Shown here: positions 31,803 through 41,774 of the stretch, in pieces
Position numbering within the stretch: position 1 is the first letter of the stretch
Layout of the letters: each line of letters starts with the position of its first letter
Assembly (NCBI GenBank): GCA_964291395.2
Contig: OZ219856.1
Span: 1,184,001 to 1,248,000 of the forward strand
Source of the DNA: Alphaproteobacteria bacterium
Lineage (GTDB): Bacteria; Pseudomonadota; Alphaproteobacteria; UBA2966
Direction: 5' to 3'
DNA length: 64,000 nucleotides
The notes under the pieces: generated by a model
Told to the model about the DNA's origin: nothing
The model's input: the letters and a program-made list of their open reading frames with translations, nothing else
The model's database searches: none
Made by a program: the position numbers and the translations under genes

Positions 31803-33614
31803 ATGCACAGATACCGGACACATACTTGCGGAGAACTTCGGGAGTCCGACGTCGGAACGACGACGAGAGTTTCCGGCTGGGTTCATCGAAAACGAGACCA
31901 TGGGAACCTGCTGTTCATCGATTTGCGGGACCACTACGGGATTACCCAGTGCGTCGTGGAGACCGGTGAGAAAGCGTTTGGCGCCGCCGACGGAGTCCGA
32001 CCGGAAAGCGTTCTGACGGTCACCGGCCCCGTCGTCGCCCGCAGCGCCGACACCGTCAATCCCAGGTTGCCGACGGGACATGTCGAGGTGCGTATCGAGT
32101 CTCTGGAAATACAGTCGGCGGCCGAGGAGCTACCTCTGCAGGTGTTCGGCGAGCAGGAATATCCGGAGGAAACCCGGCTCCGTTATCGCTTTCTGGATCT
32201 TCGCCGCGAGCGCATCCATCACAACATCGCATTGCGGTCGAATGTGATTACGAGCATTCGTCGGCGCATGGTCGAGCAGGGCTTTTCGGAGTACCAGACC
32301 CCGATACTTACGGCCAGCTCACCGGAGGGCGCTCGCGATTTTCTGGTCCCAAGCCGGTTGCATCCCGGAAAGTTTTACGCGCTTCCACAGGCACCCCAGC
32401 AGTTCAAACAGCTGTATATGGTCGCGGGTTTCGATCGGTACTTTCAGATCGCGCCATGCTTCCGCGACGAGGACGCGCGCGCGGACCGGTCGCCGGGCGA
32501 GTTCTATCAACTCGACATGGAGATGTCCTTCGTCGAACAGGAGGACGTCTTCGACGTCATAGAGCCGGTCATGCACGGCGTGTTCGAGGAGTTCACGAAC
32601 TGGGAGATCACCCCCCGGCCGTTTCCCAGGATCCCGTTTGCGGAGGCGATGCTGAAGTACGGCACGGACAAGCCCGACCTGCGCAACCCCCTCCAGGTCA
32701 GCGATTGCACGGGGCCGTTCGAAGGGGGTGGATTCGGACTCTTCAGCCGGGCCATTGAGAAGGGCGCCGTCGTTCGCGCGATTCCTGCTCCGGGCGCCGG
32801 TGGTCGGCCGCGCAGCTTCTTTGACAAGCTCAACGATTGGGCGCGCGACGACGGTTGGCCGGGCCTCGGTTACATCGTGTTCGAGGAAGGCGGCGGCAAG
32901 GGGCCCATCGCCAACAACCTCGAAGCGGAGCGCGTGGAACAAATCAAGGCGATCGCGGGCGCCGCAGACGGCGACGCCGTGTTTTTCGCCTGCGATCGGC
33001 CTGATCGTGCGGCCACGCTCGCCGGGCTCGCACGGACCCGGTTGGCGGAAGAACTCCAGCTCTCGGAACGGAAAGCATACCGGTTCTGCTGGATCGTGGA
33101 CTACCCGATGTATGAATGGGACGAGACCGAACGCAAGATCGAGTTCAGCCATAACCCCTTCTCCATGCCGCAGGGGGGTCTGGATGCCCTCAACTCTCGG
33201 GATCCGCTGGACGTCCTGGCCTATCAGTACGACATCGTGTGCAATGGGGTTGAATTGTCGTCGGGCGCCATCCGGAACCATGATCCGGAGATCATGTACA
33301 AGGCCTTCGAGATCGCGGGATACGCCCGCGACGAATTGGAGACCCAGTTCGGAGGCATGTTGCGCGCGCTCAAATTTGGTGCGCCGCCCCACGGCGGATT
33401 GGCGCCGGGCATCGATCGCATCGTCATGCTCATCGCGGACGAGCCGAACATCCGCGAGGTCGTGACGTTTCCGATGAACCAGCAGGCAGAAGACCTGCTG
33501 ATGGGCGCACCTGCGGACGCCGCCGCCCGCCATCTCCGTGAACTACACATCAGGGTCGTCCCGCCGGAGGCAGGAAAACCGGCCCACGGTGCGGAAGAGA
33601 AGAAATCCGGGTAA
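31803..33614 (+). CDS. aspS: Aspartate-tRNA ligase (probably non-discriminating)
   Basis: [52 protein letters not shown]. Confidence 0.97.
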   Translation: MHRYRTHTCGELRESDVGTTTRVSGWVHRKRDHGNLLFIDLRDHYGITQCVVETGEKAFGAADGVRPESVLTVTGPVVARSADTVNPRLPTGHVEVRIESLEIQSAAEELPLQVFGEQEYPEETRLRYRFLDLRRERIHHNIALRSNVITSIRRRMVEQGFSEYQTPILTASSPEGARDFLVPSRLHPGKFYALPQAPQQFKQLYMVAGFDRYFQIAPCFRDEDARADRSPGEFYQLDMEMSFVEQEDVFDVIEPVMHGVFEEFTNWEITPRPFPRIPFAEAMLKYGTDKPDLRNPLQVSDCTGPFEGGGFGLFSRAIEKGAVVRAIPAPGAGGRPRSFFDKLNDWARDDGWPGLGYIVFEEGGGKGPIANNLEAERVEQIKAIAGAADGDAVFFACDRPDRAATLAGLARTRLAEELQLSERKAYRFCWIVDYPMYEWDETERKIEFSHNPFSMPQGGLDALNSRDPLDVLAYQYDIVCNGVELSSGAIRNHDPEIMYKAFEIAGYARDELETQFGGMLRALKFGAPPHGGLAPGIDRIVMLIADEPNIREVVTFPMNQQAEDLLMGAPADAAARHLRELHIRVVPPEAGKPAHGAEEKKSG

Positions 33615-33638
33615 AATCTCCGTTCTCAAGTCCTCGAG

Positions 33639-33674
33639 AAAAAAGGCGCGCCGCATGGACGAAGGCGACGCGCC
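33639..33674 (-). terminator. Rho-independent terminator downstream of nrdJ
   Basis: Minus strand GGCGCGUCGC, 10-nt loop, GCGGCGCGCC, then U6. Confidence 0.75.
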
Positions 33675-33705
33675 GAATCAACAGGGAGGACTAGTGTTGG
33701 TCACA
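33639..33705 (-). ncRNA. Candidate small RNA with an anti-SD UCCUCCC loop
   Basis: CAACA/UGUUG stem presenting CUAGUCCUCCC, immediately followed by the terminator. Confidence 0.45.
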
Positions 33706-33781
33706 TACTACTCACCACGCATATCCCTACCGGGCTTTACGATGGGACGGGGCCCGGTAGGCTGTCCCGAGGCCTTGCACC

Positions 33782-36700
33782 TCAGGAACACCCGCTGGTG
33801 GCGCCGCAGGTCACGCATTTCAAGCATGTCCCGTTGCGCACCAGAGTGAAGTTTCCGCATTCGCCGCACGCATCTCCTTCGTATCCCTTAATTCGGGCTT
33901 CGCGAATCTGTTCGGACCGGCTGTCGATCTCTTCGGTCACGTCCGCCGAAATGCCGATCATGGTGTCGGTCTCGGCGCTGGCACCGACCTCCGCGGCAAG
34001 CGCATGGGCAGTGGCGACACCCGAACCCATCACCTGGGCTTCGGCACTCGCCCCCTCGACCGTGTCGCCCACGACGTACAGATTGCTACGCACGTACCCA
34101 TTGCTGGCCAAGCTCACGGCACCTTCCGCGGTGCCGTCGCCTGGCGGTGCATAGGCTTCCCCGACACTGTCGGGCCGCAGGTCGTCAGGTTCGACATGGG
34201 CCAGGTCGTTGCGACCCAGATAGGAAATCGCGATTTCGCGGAAGACGTAGTCGAGGATCGATGTCGCCATCTTTATGGCGTCATTGCCCTCGACGATGCC
34301 CTGGGGCTCGAACCGCGTAAACGTGAACGCTTCCACGAACTCGTCCAGCGGAACGCCGTATTGCAGACCGATGGAGATGGCGATGGCGAAGTTGTTCATC
34401 AGACTGCGGAACGCCGCACCTTCCTTGTGCATGTCGATGAAGATCTCGCCGAGCGACCCATCGTCGTACTCACCCGTTCGGAGGTACACCTTGTGACCAC
34501 CGACCGAAGCCTTTTGCGTATACCCCTTTCTCCGCCCCGGAAGCCGTCGCCGCTCTGCCGTCACGATCTGGTGGACGATTCTCTCCGCGACGACCTGGGT
34601 CGGTCTCTCCACGGCCAAGGGTTCCGATTCTTCGTAGATGTCATCGTCCTCGGCGAGGGAAGACGCCAACGGCTGCGACAGCTTGGATCCGTCGCGGTAG
34701 AGCGCATTGGCTTTCAATCCAAGCCTCCACGACCTCAGATAGGCGTCCTTGCAATCTTCGACCGTTGCGGAATTCGGCATGTTGATGGTCTTGGAGATGG
34801 CGCCCGAGATGAACGGCTGCGCCGCCGCCATCATCCGGATGTGACTTTCCGTCGGCAGGCACCGTGTTCCTTTGGGGCCGCAAGGATTCGCGCAATCGAA
34901 CACGGACAGATGGGCTTCCTCAAGGTGCGGGGCGCCCTCCAGTGTCATCGCGCCACAGCAATAGGTATTGGCGGCGTCGACTTGGTCAGGCGTGAAGCCC
35001 AAGGCTTCGAGTATGTCGAAGGACACGTCCGCGAGCTGGTCGGCCGTGAAACCCAACACCTCGGAACAGAAGTCCACACCCAACGTCCATTTGTTGAACG
35101 CAAATTTTATGTCGAACGCGTTGGCCAGCGCGCCTTCGAGGGCCTCTAACGCGCCATCGGTAAAGCCCGCCGCCGAAAGGGTCTCGTGATTGATTGCGGG
35201 CGCGTCCTTCAGTGTCCCGTGGCCGACGGCATGGACGATGATGTCGTCGATCTCGGACTCGGAGTAGCCGAGCTTCATGAGGGCGCGCGGCACGCATCGG
35301 TTGATTATCCGAAAGTACCCTCCGCCGGCCAGTTTCTTGAACTTGACCAGAGCGAAATCCGGCTCGATGCCCGTGGTATCGCAGTCCATGACGAGCCCGA
35401 TAGTGCCCGTCGGTGCGATGACGGTGACTTGGGCGTTGCGGTAGCCGTGTGCCCGTCCTTTCTCGACAGCTTCGCGCCAGGAACGCGTCGCGGCTTCCGC
35501 GAGCCCCTGGTCGGGGCAGGATTCGGGATGAAACACGACGGGTAGTGTCGAAAGGTCCTCGAACCGACCGGAAAGTGCCCCGGCGGCACGGGCATGATTG
35601 CGCATGACCCGCTGCATCGCCTTTCGATTTCGCACGTAGCCCGGAAACGCTCCCAATTCCGCCGACATTTCTGCGGACGTCGCGTAGGCGGTTCCCGTCA
35701 TCAGCGCCGTGATTCCGGCGCACAGTGAGCGGCCTTCGTCGCTGTCGTAGGAGAGGCCGCTCGCCATCAGCAGGCCGCCGATATTCGCGTATCCCAGACC
35801 CAGGGTCCGGTACACGTACGAAAGCTCGGCGATCCGGCGCGACGGGAACTGCGCCATCATCACCGAGATTTCCAGGACGATGGTCCACAGCCTTACCGCA
35901 TGCTCGAAGGCTTCGGTGTCGAACGTGCTGTCCTCTCGGACGAAGGCCAGCAAGTTGAGCGACGCGAGGTTGCAGGCCGTGTCGTCGAGGAACATGTACT
36001 CCGAACATGGGTTCGACGCCCGGATGGGCCCGCCTTCCGGACACGTGTGCCAGTCGTTGATCGTCGTATGGTATTGCACCCCGGGATCTGCCGAGGCCCA
36101 GGCGGCATGCGCGATCTCATCCCACAATTCCCGTGCGGGAAGGGTCTTGGAGATCTTGCCGTCGGTCCGGCGGGTCAGGTTCCAGTCCGCGTCTTCCTCG
36201 ACCGCTTTGAGGAACTCGTCGGTAACTCGGACGGTGTTGTTGGCGTTCTGCCCGGACACGGTGCCATAGGCGTCACCATCCCAGTCGGTGTCGTAGGTCT
36301 TGAATTCGATCTCGGTGAAACCCTGTTGGGCGAACTGAATCACGCGCTTGACGTAGCCTTCGGGCACCAGAGCCCGGCCGGCTTCCTTGATGGCCCTCTT
36401 CAATTCCGGATTGTCGGACGTGCTGAACCGGTTTTCACCTTCGACCGCATGACAGGCCTTCATGACCGCGTTGAGGTGTTTCGCATTGACCTTCGATCCG
36501 GTGACCAACGCGGCGACCTTCTGTTCCTCGGCGACCTTCCAGTTGATGAATTCTTCGATGTCCGGGTGATCGACGTCGACGACGACCATCTTCGCCGCGC
36601 GCCGTGTCGTGCCACCCGACTTGATGGCGCCCGCCGCACGGTCCCCCACTTTGAGGAAGCTCATGAGCCCCGAGGACTTGCCGCCGCCGGAAAGGTTTTC

Positions 36701-37426
36701 GTTCGCCGCCCGCACGGCGGAGAAGTTGGAGCCCGTGCCCGAGCCGTACTTGAACAGGCGCGCCTCACGGACCCACAGATCCATGATGCCGCCTTGGTTC
36801 ACCAGATCGTCGGCGATGCCCTGGATAAAGCAGGCATGCGGCTGGGGATGCTCGTACGCGGTTTCCGATGCGCGGCATTCGCCCGTCCGATAATCGACGT
36901 AATAATGACCCTGAGACGGACCATCGACGCCATAAGCCCAATGCAGGCCCGTGTTGAACCACTGCGGCGAGTTGGGGGCGCCCATCTGACGGGCCAGCAT
37001 GTAGCGCATTTCATCGAAGAAGGCCCGGGCGTCCGAATCGGAATCAAAGTAACCGCCCTTCCAGCCCCAGTAGGCCCAGGTACCCGCCAAGCGATCGAAG
37101 ACGCTCTTGGCGCTGGTTTCGCCTATCTCTCGCTGGTCTTCGGGCAGTCCGGCGAGCGCCTCTTCGTCGGCAACCTTACGCCAAAGGAATGAGGGAACGT
37201 CGTTCTCCTCGACCGTTTTCAGACATGCCGGCACACCCGCCTTGCGAAAGTACTTCTGAGCAATGATGTCGCAGGCCACTTGCGACCAGTCTTCGGGAAC
37301 CTCGAAGCGTTCAAGACGGAAGACGACGGTTCCATCCGGATTACGGATTTCACTGGTCGCGTTTCGGAACGGAATCCCCCCGTAGGGTGACTTTCCTTCC
37401 TCCGTGAACCGACGACGTACCCGCAT
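33782..37426 (-). CDS. nrdJ: Class II (adenosylcobalamin-dependent) ribonucleotide reductase
   Basis: [38 protein letters not shown]-terminal TSCPD-like domain and CGEC...CVTC...GCS tail. Confidence 0.96.
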   Translation of the reverse strand: MRVRRRFTEEGKSPYGGIPFRNATSEIRNPDGTVVFRLERFEVPEDWSQVACDIIAQKYFRKAGVPACLKTVEENDVPSFLWRKVADEEALAGLPEDQREIGETSAKSVFDRLAGTWAYWGWKGGYFDSDSDARAFFDEMRYMLARQMGAPNSPQWFNTGLHWAYGVDGPSQGHYYVDYRTGECRASETAYEHPQPHACFIQGIADDLVNQGGIMDLWVREARLFKYGSGTGSNFSAVRAANENLSGGGKSSGLMSFLKVGDRAAGAIKSGGTTRRAAKMVVVDVDHPDIEEFINWKVAEEQKVAALVTGSKVNAKHLNAVMKACHAVEGENRFSTSDNPELKRAIKEAGRALVPEGYVKRVIQFAQQGFTEIEFKTYDTDWDGDAYGTVSGQNANNTVRVTDEFLKAVEEDADWNLTRRTDGKISKTLPARELWDEIAHAAWASADPGVQYHTTINDWHTCPEGGPIRASNPCSEYMFLDDTACNLASLNLLAFVREDSTFDTEAFEHAVRLWTIVLEISVMMAQFPSRRIAELSYVYRTLGLGYANIGGLLMASGLSYDSDEGRSLCAGITALMTGTAYATSAEMSAELGAFPGYVRNRKAMQRVMRNHARAAGALSGRFEDLSTLPVVFHPESCPDQGLAEAATRSWREAVEKGRAHGYRNAQVTVIAPTGTIGLVMDCDTTGIEPDFALVKFKKLAGGGYFRIINRCVPRALMKLGYSESEIDDIIVHAVGHGTLKDAPAINHETLSAAGFTDGALEALEGALANAFDIKFAFNKWTLGVDFCSEVLGFTADQLADVSFDILEALGFTPDQVDAANTYCCGAMTLEGAPHLEEAHLSVFDCANPCGPKGTRCLPTESHIRMMAAAQPFISGAISKTINMPNSATVEDCKDAYLRSWRLGLKANALYRDGSKLSQPLASSLAEDDDIYEESEPLAVERPTQVVAERIVHQIVTAERRRLPGRRKGYTQKASVGGHKVYLRTGEYDDGSLGEIFIDMHKEGAAFRSLMNNFAIAISIGLQYGVPLDEFVEAFTFTRFEPQGIVEGNDAIKMATSILDYVFREIAISYLGRNDLAHVEPDDLRPDSVGEAYAPPGDGTAEGAVSLASNGYVRSNLYVVGDTVEGASAEAQVMGSGVATAHALAAEVGASAETDTMIGISADVTEEIDSRSEQIREARIKGYEGDACGECGNFTLVRNGTCLKCVTCGATSGCS

Positions 37427-37499
37427 CTTGCCCCCACTTGAACCACGACGCATGGAGCTTCTTGCGCCCCGTTTCCGCCTCCCGAACCACTCCAGTTGT

Positions 37500-37611
37500 T
37501 CTCAAGATATTGCGATTGGTCGTGATACGGGGCACAAAATGTGTCACTAGCGGGCGAAGTCTGTCAACCAGATTTTGTGTGTTGGGAGGCAGAAATATCA
37601 ATATGCGGTGG
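37500..37611. promoter_or_regulatory. NrdR-box-like array and TTGACA -35 upstream of nrdJ
   Basis: 16-mers at 37500, 37532, 37565 and 37596 share C-x-A-x-AT-x-(T)-x-(G); TTGACA on the minus strand at 37567-37562. Confidence 0.7.
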
Positions 37612-37796
37612 GCAGTCTTCACCGGGGACACCAGATCGAAATACAAAAAAGGGATGCTGCTCAATACCTTGGGGGTCTGAATTCAGGGTCGAGACCAAGG
37701 CGTTTTTTTGAGGTCCGCCGGTCGGGATCGGCGGGATCTGCCGGGGAGGCTGGACGCGAAACCCGGTTGGTGCAATAGTCGCGCGCGCTTTGAGTG

Positions 37797-37846
37797 GGGA
37801 ATCATACCGCAAAGTCACAATCCACGCTGGCCAGGCGGATCGATGA
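37797..37846 (+). repeat. Left arm of a 50-bp imperfect inverted repeat
   Basis: 45/50 identical to the reverse complement of 38442-38491. Confidence 0.85.
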
Positions 37847-37970
37847 TCGGCTCCAGGCATTGTGCCAGGCTCTGCGGTCCCGTGAGCGGGGAGCCCCGTG
37901 TGGATGACAAGCCCGTTGTCGTCATCCGCCCCTCCAGCTGCCAGCCGATGTCGAGAACGGAGAAACGATC

Positions 37971-38437
37971 ATGACGATGATCCACCGTCTTCGGGGCCTT
38001 GCCGCCGCGCTGCTTCTGACGTTCGCGGCGCCGGCCGCAGCAGGCGACGACCGGGGCACGGCCGAGGAAGCTCAGGACATGGTGGCGCGCGCCATCGCCC
38101 ACTACGACGAGATGCCGGGGCCGGGGCGGCGCTGGAGAAAATCAACACCGACCCGCGCCGGAGTTCCTGGACCGCGATCTCTATATCTTCGTCTTTGGAC
38201 ACGACCGGGACCATCGTGGCCCACGCCGTCGATCCTTCCCTGATGGGGAGGCACTTCACGTCCTTTGTGGCCGACGGCAAGCCCTTCGGCGGCGAGATGG
38301 AGGACAATACCTCACCGGACGGGGTCTGGGTCGACTACAAGTGGAAGAACCCGGAAACCGGGGAGATCGAACAGAAGTCGAGCTGGACCGTGTTGCACGA
38401 CGGCTATGTCTTCGGCGTGGGCATCTACAAGCCGTGA
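37971..38437 (+). CDS. Secreted single-Cache domain protein, multiply frameshifted (errors or pseudogene)
   Basis: Signal peptide, RGTAEEAQDMVARAIAHY, EFLDRDLYIFV (third frame), ADGKPF, WVDYKWKNP.TG.IE.KSS, VFGVGIY; frame changes near 38110, 38154 and 38195. Confidence 0.8.
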
Positions 38438-38441
38438 GAGG

Positions 38442-38491
38442 TCATCGATCCGCTTGGGCAGCGTCGATTGTGACTTTGCGATATAATTCCC
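38442..38491 (-). repeat. Right arm of the 50-bp imperfect inverted repeat
   Basis: Partner of 37797-37846; contains TATAAT at 38482-38487. Confidence 0.85.
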
Positions 38492-38561
38492 TTCAATTGA
38501 TGGCAGCCCCGTTTCGTGGGCGGAGGCGAACCGACTGTCGGGGAGTGGAGCGAGCGAAGGT

Positions 38562-38948
38562 ATGGGGGTTCTGGACTTTCTGACCTGGTGGAAACGGGAG
38601 ACTCTGGGAACGGCGCTGTTCACCTGGCGAAAAGGAGAATTCGTAGGCACCGACGCCTACGGGAACAGGTATTTTCAAGAGAAGAATCCCAGGGCGAGAC
38701 GCCGCCGCCGCTGGGTTCTCTACCGTGGCGAGGTCGAGGGTTCGAAGGTGCCGGCGGAATGGCACGCGTGGCTGCACCACACGTCCGACCAGGTGCCGTC
38801 CGACTCGGCGTCCCGCCGGGACTGGGAGAAACCTCACGTTGCCAATCTCACCGGCACTCCGGCGGCGTACCAACCGCCTGGAGCGGTGACGAAGGGCAGT
38901 CGACGGGATCCAACGACCGGAGACTACGAACCGTGGCGTCCGAACTGA
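38562..38948 (+). CDS. NADH:ubiquinone oxidoreductase subunit NDUFA12 family protein
   Basis: VGTDAYGNRYF, RRWVLY.G..E.SKVP.EWH.WLH, W.KPH..NLTGT, DYEPW.P. Confidence 0.92.
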   Translation: MGVLDFLTWWKRETLGTALFTWRKGEFVGTDAYGNRYFQEKNPRARRRRRWVLYRGEVEGSKVPAEWHAWLHHTSDQVPSDSASRRDWEKPHVANLTGTPAAYQPPGAVTKGSRRDPTTGDYEPWRPN

Positions 38949-39280
38949 GGCGCGACGCCGCGGGGCGCAGGCCACTCATCGCGATCCATTGAGCGCCGCG
39001 GCTGGACCGGGGGTGCGTTCCGGCGCGAGAATCACGCGCCGAAGGGCGTCCTGATCGCGCTTCCTGACCGCTCAAACCGTTGGGCGATGAAAGCCGTTGT
39101 GCAACCGGCGTTTAGCCCGAGCGGCGTTTGAGCGGCGCGAGCCGCCACGCTTGCTCTCTCACGGACGAGCCGAGCGGTGTCGATGCTGCCAGTCACCACC
39201 GGCGTCACCGTGCGGACGCTTTCGAGGTTTGGGCCGGAGACCATGAGGGGACACGGGCGCCTGCCGGCTGTTTGGCGGTT

Positions 39281-39316
39281 GGAGTCCTTTACGGACTCCG
39301 TAACAGAAGGTACAGT
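39281..39316 (+). promoter_or_regulatory. higBA promoter/operator
   Basis: TTTACG 39288-93, 17-nt spacer, TACAGT 39311-16; palindromes TTACGGA-C-TCCGTAA and GGAGTCC-TTTAC-GGACTCC overlap the -35. Confidence 0.65.
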
Positions 39317-39324
39317 CGGCGCGC

Positions 39325-39603
39325 ATGATACGAAGCTTCGGAGACCGGGAGACGAGACGCTTCTTCGAGGGTCAGCGCATCGCGGCATTTCAGAGCTTCG
39401 CCAGACAGGCGGCGCGTCGTCTGGTCCTGCTGGACAGCACGGAGACGCTCGGCGACCTTGCCGCGCTGCCGAGCAATCGGCTGGAAGCACTGCGGGGCGA
39501 CCGCGCCGGTCAGCACAGCATTCGGATCAACGCGCAATGGCGCGTCTGCTTCCGCTGGACGGACGACGGGCCGCACGATGTGGAGATCGTCGATTATCAC
39601 TGA
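39325..39603 (+). CDS. higB: HigB (RelE-family, killer-type) toxin
   Basis: MIRSF, P.NRLEAL.GDRAGQHSIRIN.QWRVCFRW, VEIVDYH. Confidence 0.92.
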   Translation: MIRSFGDRETRRFFEGQRIAAFQSFARQAARRLVLLDSTETLGDLAALPSNRLEALRGDRAGQHSIRINAQWRVCFRWTDDGPHDVEIVDYH

Positions 39604-39614
39604 AGGCATCTGAC

Positions 39615-39943
39615 ATGAACATGAAGAACGGAATGAGGCCGGTGCATCCGGGCGAGGTCCTGCGCGACGAACTCGACGAGCTCGGGCTGTCGGCCAACGC
39701 GCTTGCGAAGGCGCTGAGCGTACCGGCGAACCGGGTGACGATGATTTTGAACGGCCAGCGCGGCGTGAGCGCTGACACCGCGCTGCGGCTGGCGCGCTAT
39801 TTCGGGACGACGCCGCAACTCTGGATGAACTTGCCGGGTGAGTTGGGAATGATGGGCAGAAGACTTGGGAGCTTCGCCAAGCGGAGATCGTGGCCGGCCG
39901 CGGGATCGACGAGAAGGTGACGCCCCGGCAATCGGCGGCGTAA
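39615..39943 (+). pseudogene. higA: HigA (XRE-HTH) antitoxin interrupted by a 23-bp insertion
   Basis: PVHPGEVL, ADTALRLARYFGTTPQLWMNL; canonical-looking tail QKTWELRQAE... resumes out of frame at 39857 and ends at TAA 39941-43. Confidence 0.8.
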
Positions 39944-39976
39944 AGGGCACCATCGGTGCGTTCGGTGAAAGACCAC

Positions 39977-40758
39977 GTGTCGCCAGTCGAGGCGGCTCGG
40001 GCGGAGGCAAGCGCCCGGCAGGACTGGAATGCCGAGTGTTACGCGCGCAACGCCCGGTTCGTGTCGGATCTCGGTGGACCCGTGGTGGAACTTCTGAGGC
40101 CGATCTCCGGCCTGCGGGTCCTGGACCTCGGGTGTGGCGACGGCGCCTTGACCGAGCAGCTCGCCGCCGAGGGCGCCGACATTGTGGCCATCGATGCGAG
40201 CGAGTCTCAAGTTTCGGCGGCGCGGGCCCGCGGACTCGACGCCCGGATCGGGGACGCCCGCCGACTCGACTTCGAGAACGAGTTCGACGCAGTGTTCTCC
40301 AATGCGGCCCTGCACTGGATCAGCCCTCCCGAGGCTGTCGTCGAGGGGGTCGCCCGGGCACTCAAACCGGGGGGACGGTTCGTCGGGGAATTCGGCGGGG
40401 AAGGCAACGTCGAGACGGTTCGCAGGGCGCTGATCTCCGCACTGGACGCTCGTGGATATGATGGGGCGGCGGCCGACCCATGGTTTTTCCTTCGGACGAG
40501 GGCTACCGGGACATGCTCCAAGCGGGCGGGTTTGCGGTGGAGTCCATGGGACTCATCCCGCGTCCCACCCCCATTCCGGGTGACCTGGGCGACTGGATCA
40601 GGACATTGGCGGGCAGCTTCCTCGCGGTCGCGTCCGAAGCGCAGCGGGACGCCGTGATTTCGGACGTGCGGAGCGCCGTGCGAGACTCTCTCCAACGGCC
40701 GGATGGCGGTTGGTCGGTCGATTACGTCCGGCTTCGCTTTGCGGCGCGTCTGGCCTGA
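39977..40758 (+). CDS. Class I SAM-dependent methyltransferase (Tam-like; frameshift near 40490)
   Basis: VLDLGCGDG, FDAVFSNAALHW, LKPGGRFV.E.GG.GN; FPS..Y, IPRPT and DYVRLRF.A in the next frame. Confidence 0.85.
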
Positions 40759-40774
40759 AGTGGAGTCACGGCCG

Positions 40775-41182
40775 ATGATCTTCCGGCGCGCGCCGGTCGC
40801 CCTTGTCTTCATGGCGGTCTGCGCCGTTTTCTGGACGCCCCGTGCGGACGCACAGTCCGTGAAGATGGCCGTGCTCCAAGGGCTCGACAAGGTCACGGCC
40901 CGCATCTCCACGATTCGGGCGCCGATCGGCGAGGGGGTGAAGTTCGGAACCCTGGTCGTCACCGCGCGAACGTGTAGCAAGCGCCCGCCCGAGGAGACGC
41001 CCGAAACCACGGCGTTTCTCGAAATCGTCGACGACAAGCCCGGTGAGTCGCCACGCCTGGTGTTCAGCGGCTGGATGTTCGCTTCGAGTCCCGCGCTCTC
41101 TGCGATGGAGCACGCGGTTTACGACCTCTGGGTGATCGACTGCAGGATCGCCGCCGGGTCCGGCGGGTCGGGCAATGAATAG
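40775..41182 (+). CDS. DUF2155 exported protein
   Basis: [46 protein letters not shown]. Confidence 0.88.
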   Translation: MIFRRAPVALVFMAVCAVFWTPRADAQSVKMAVLQGLDKVTARISTIRAPIGEGVKFGTLVVTARTCSKRPPEETPETTAFLEIVDDKPGESPRLVFSGWMFASSPALSAMEHAVYDLWVIDCRIAAGSGGSGNE

Positions 41183-41769
41183 AAATCGCCGTCCACGCTC
41201 AGGGCGCTTGCGAGAAGGTCCCGATAGTCGGCCCGCGGTATCTCAACGGCACCGAAACGTTTGAGGTGCGCGGTCACGAACTGTACGTCCAGAAGCCGGT
41301 AGCCGCCGGACCTCAGGCGCGCGACGAGGTGGACAAGGGCCACTTTGCTCGCGTCGCGTTCGTGGCTGAACATGCTTTCACCGAAGAAGGCGCCTTGAAT
41401 GGAAATACCGTAGAGGCCCCCGATCAGTCGGGCCCCGTTCCAGCACTCGACACTGTGGGCGAATCCCATCTCGTGAAGTTCCGCGTAGAGGGTGACGATC
41501 TCGTCGTTGATCCACGTATTTCGACGACCGCTGCCCGGTTCCGCGCAAGCCTCGATGACGGCGCGGAAATCCCGATCGATGTATACGGGATCCGCCCAGT
41601 GCCGAATGGTTCGCGCCAGTCGTCTCGGTACGTGGAACGCGTCGAGGGGAATGACACCGCGCATCTCGGGATCGATCCAATAGAGAGTCGGGTCATGCCG
41701 GCTCTCGGCCATCGGAAAGACGCCGCGCATGTAGGCATGCAGCACGATCTCGGGTGTCAGACGCGGCAT
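41119..41769 (-). CDS. aat: Leucyl/phenylalanyl-tRNA-protein transferase
   Basis: AY..GVFPMA, TWIN, AHSVECW, GGLYG, FFGESMF, DASKVAL. Confidence 0.95.
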   Translation of the reverse strand: MPRLTPEIVLHAYMRGVFPMAESRHDPTLYWIDPEMRGVIPLDAFHVPRRLARTIRHWADPVYIDRDFRAVIEACAEPGSGRRNTWINDEIVTLYAELHEMGFAHSVECWNGARLIGGLYGISIQGAFFGESMFSHERDASKVALVHLVARLRSGGYRLLDVQFVTAHLKRFGAVEIPRADYRDLLASALSVDGDFYSLPDPPDPAAILQSITQRS

Positions 41770-41774
41770 TCCAT

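Noticed and set aside
33782-37426. Intein or intron in nrdJ
   Set aside because: Continuous ORF of ordinary length for this type; no splice-junction or homing-endonuclease motifs seen.
37430-37790. Cobalamin riboswitch upstream of nrdJ
   Set aside because: No B12 box recognisable; NrdR-like boxes explain the region.
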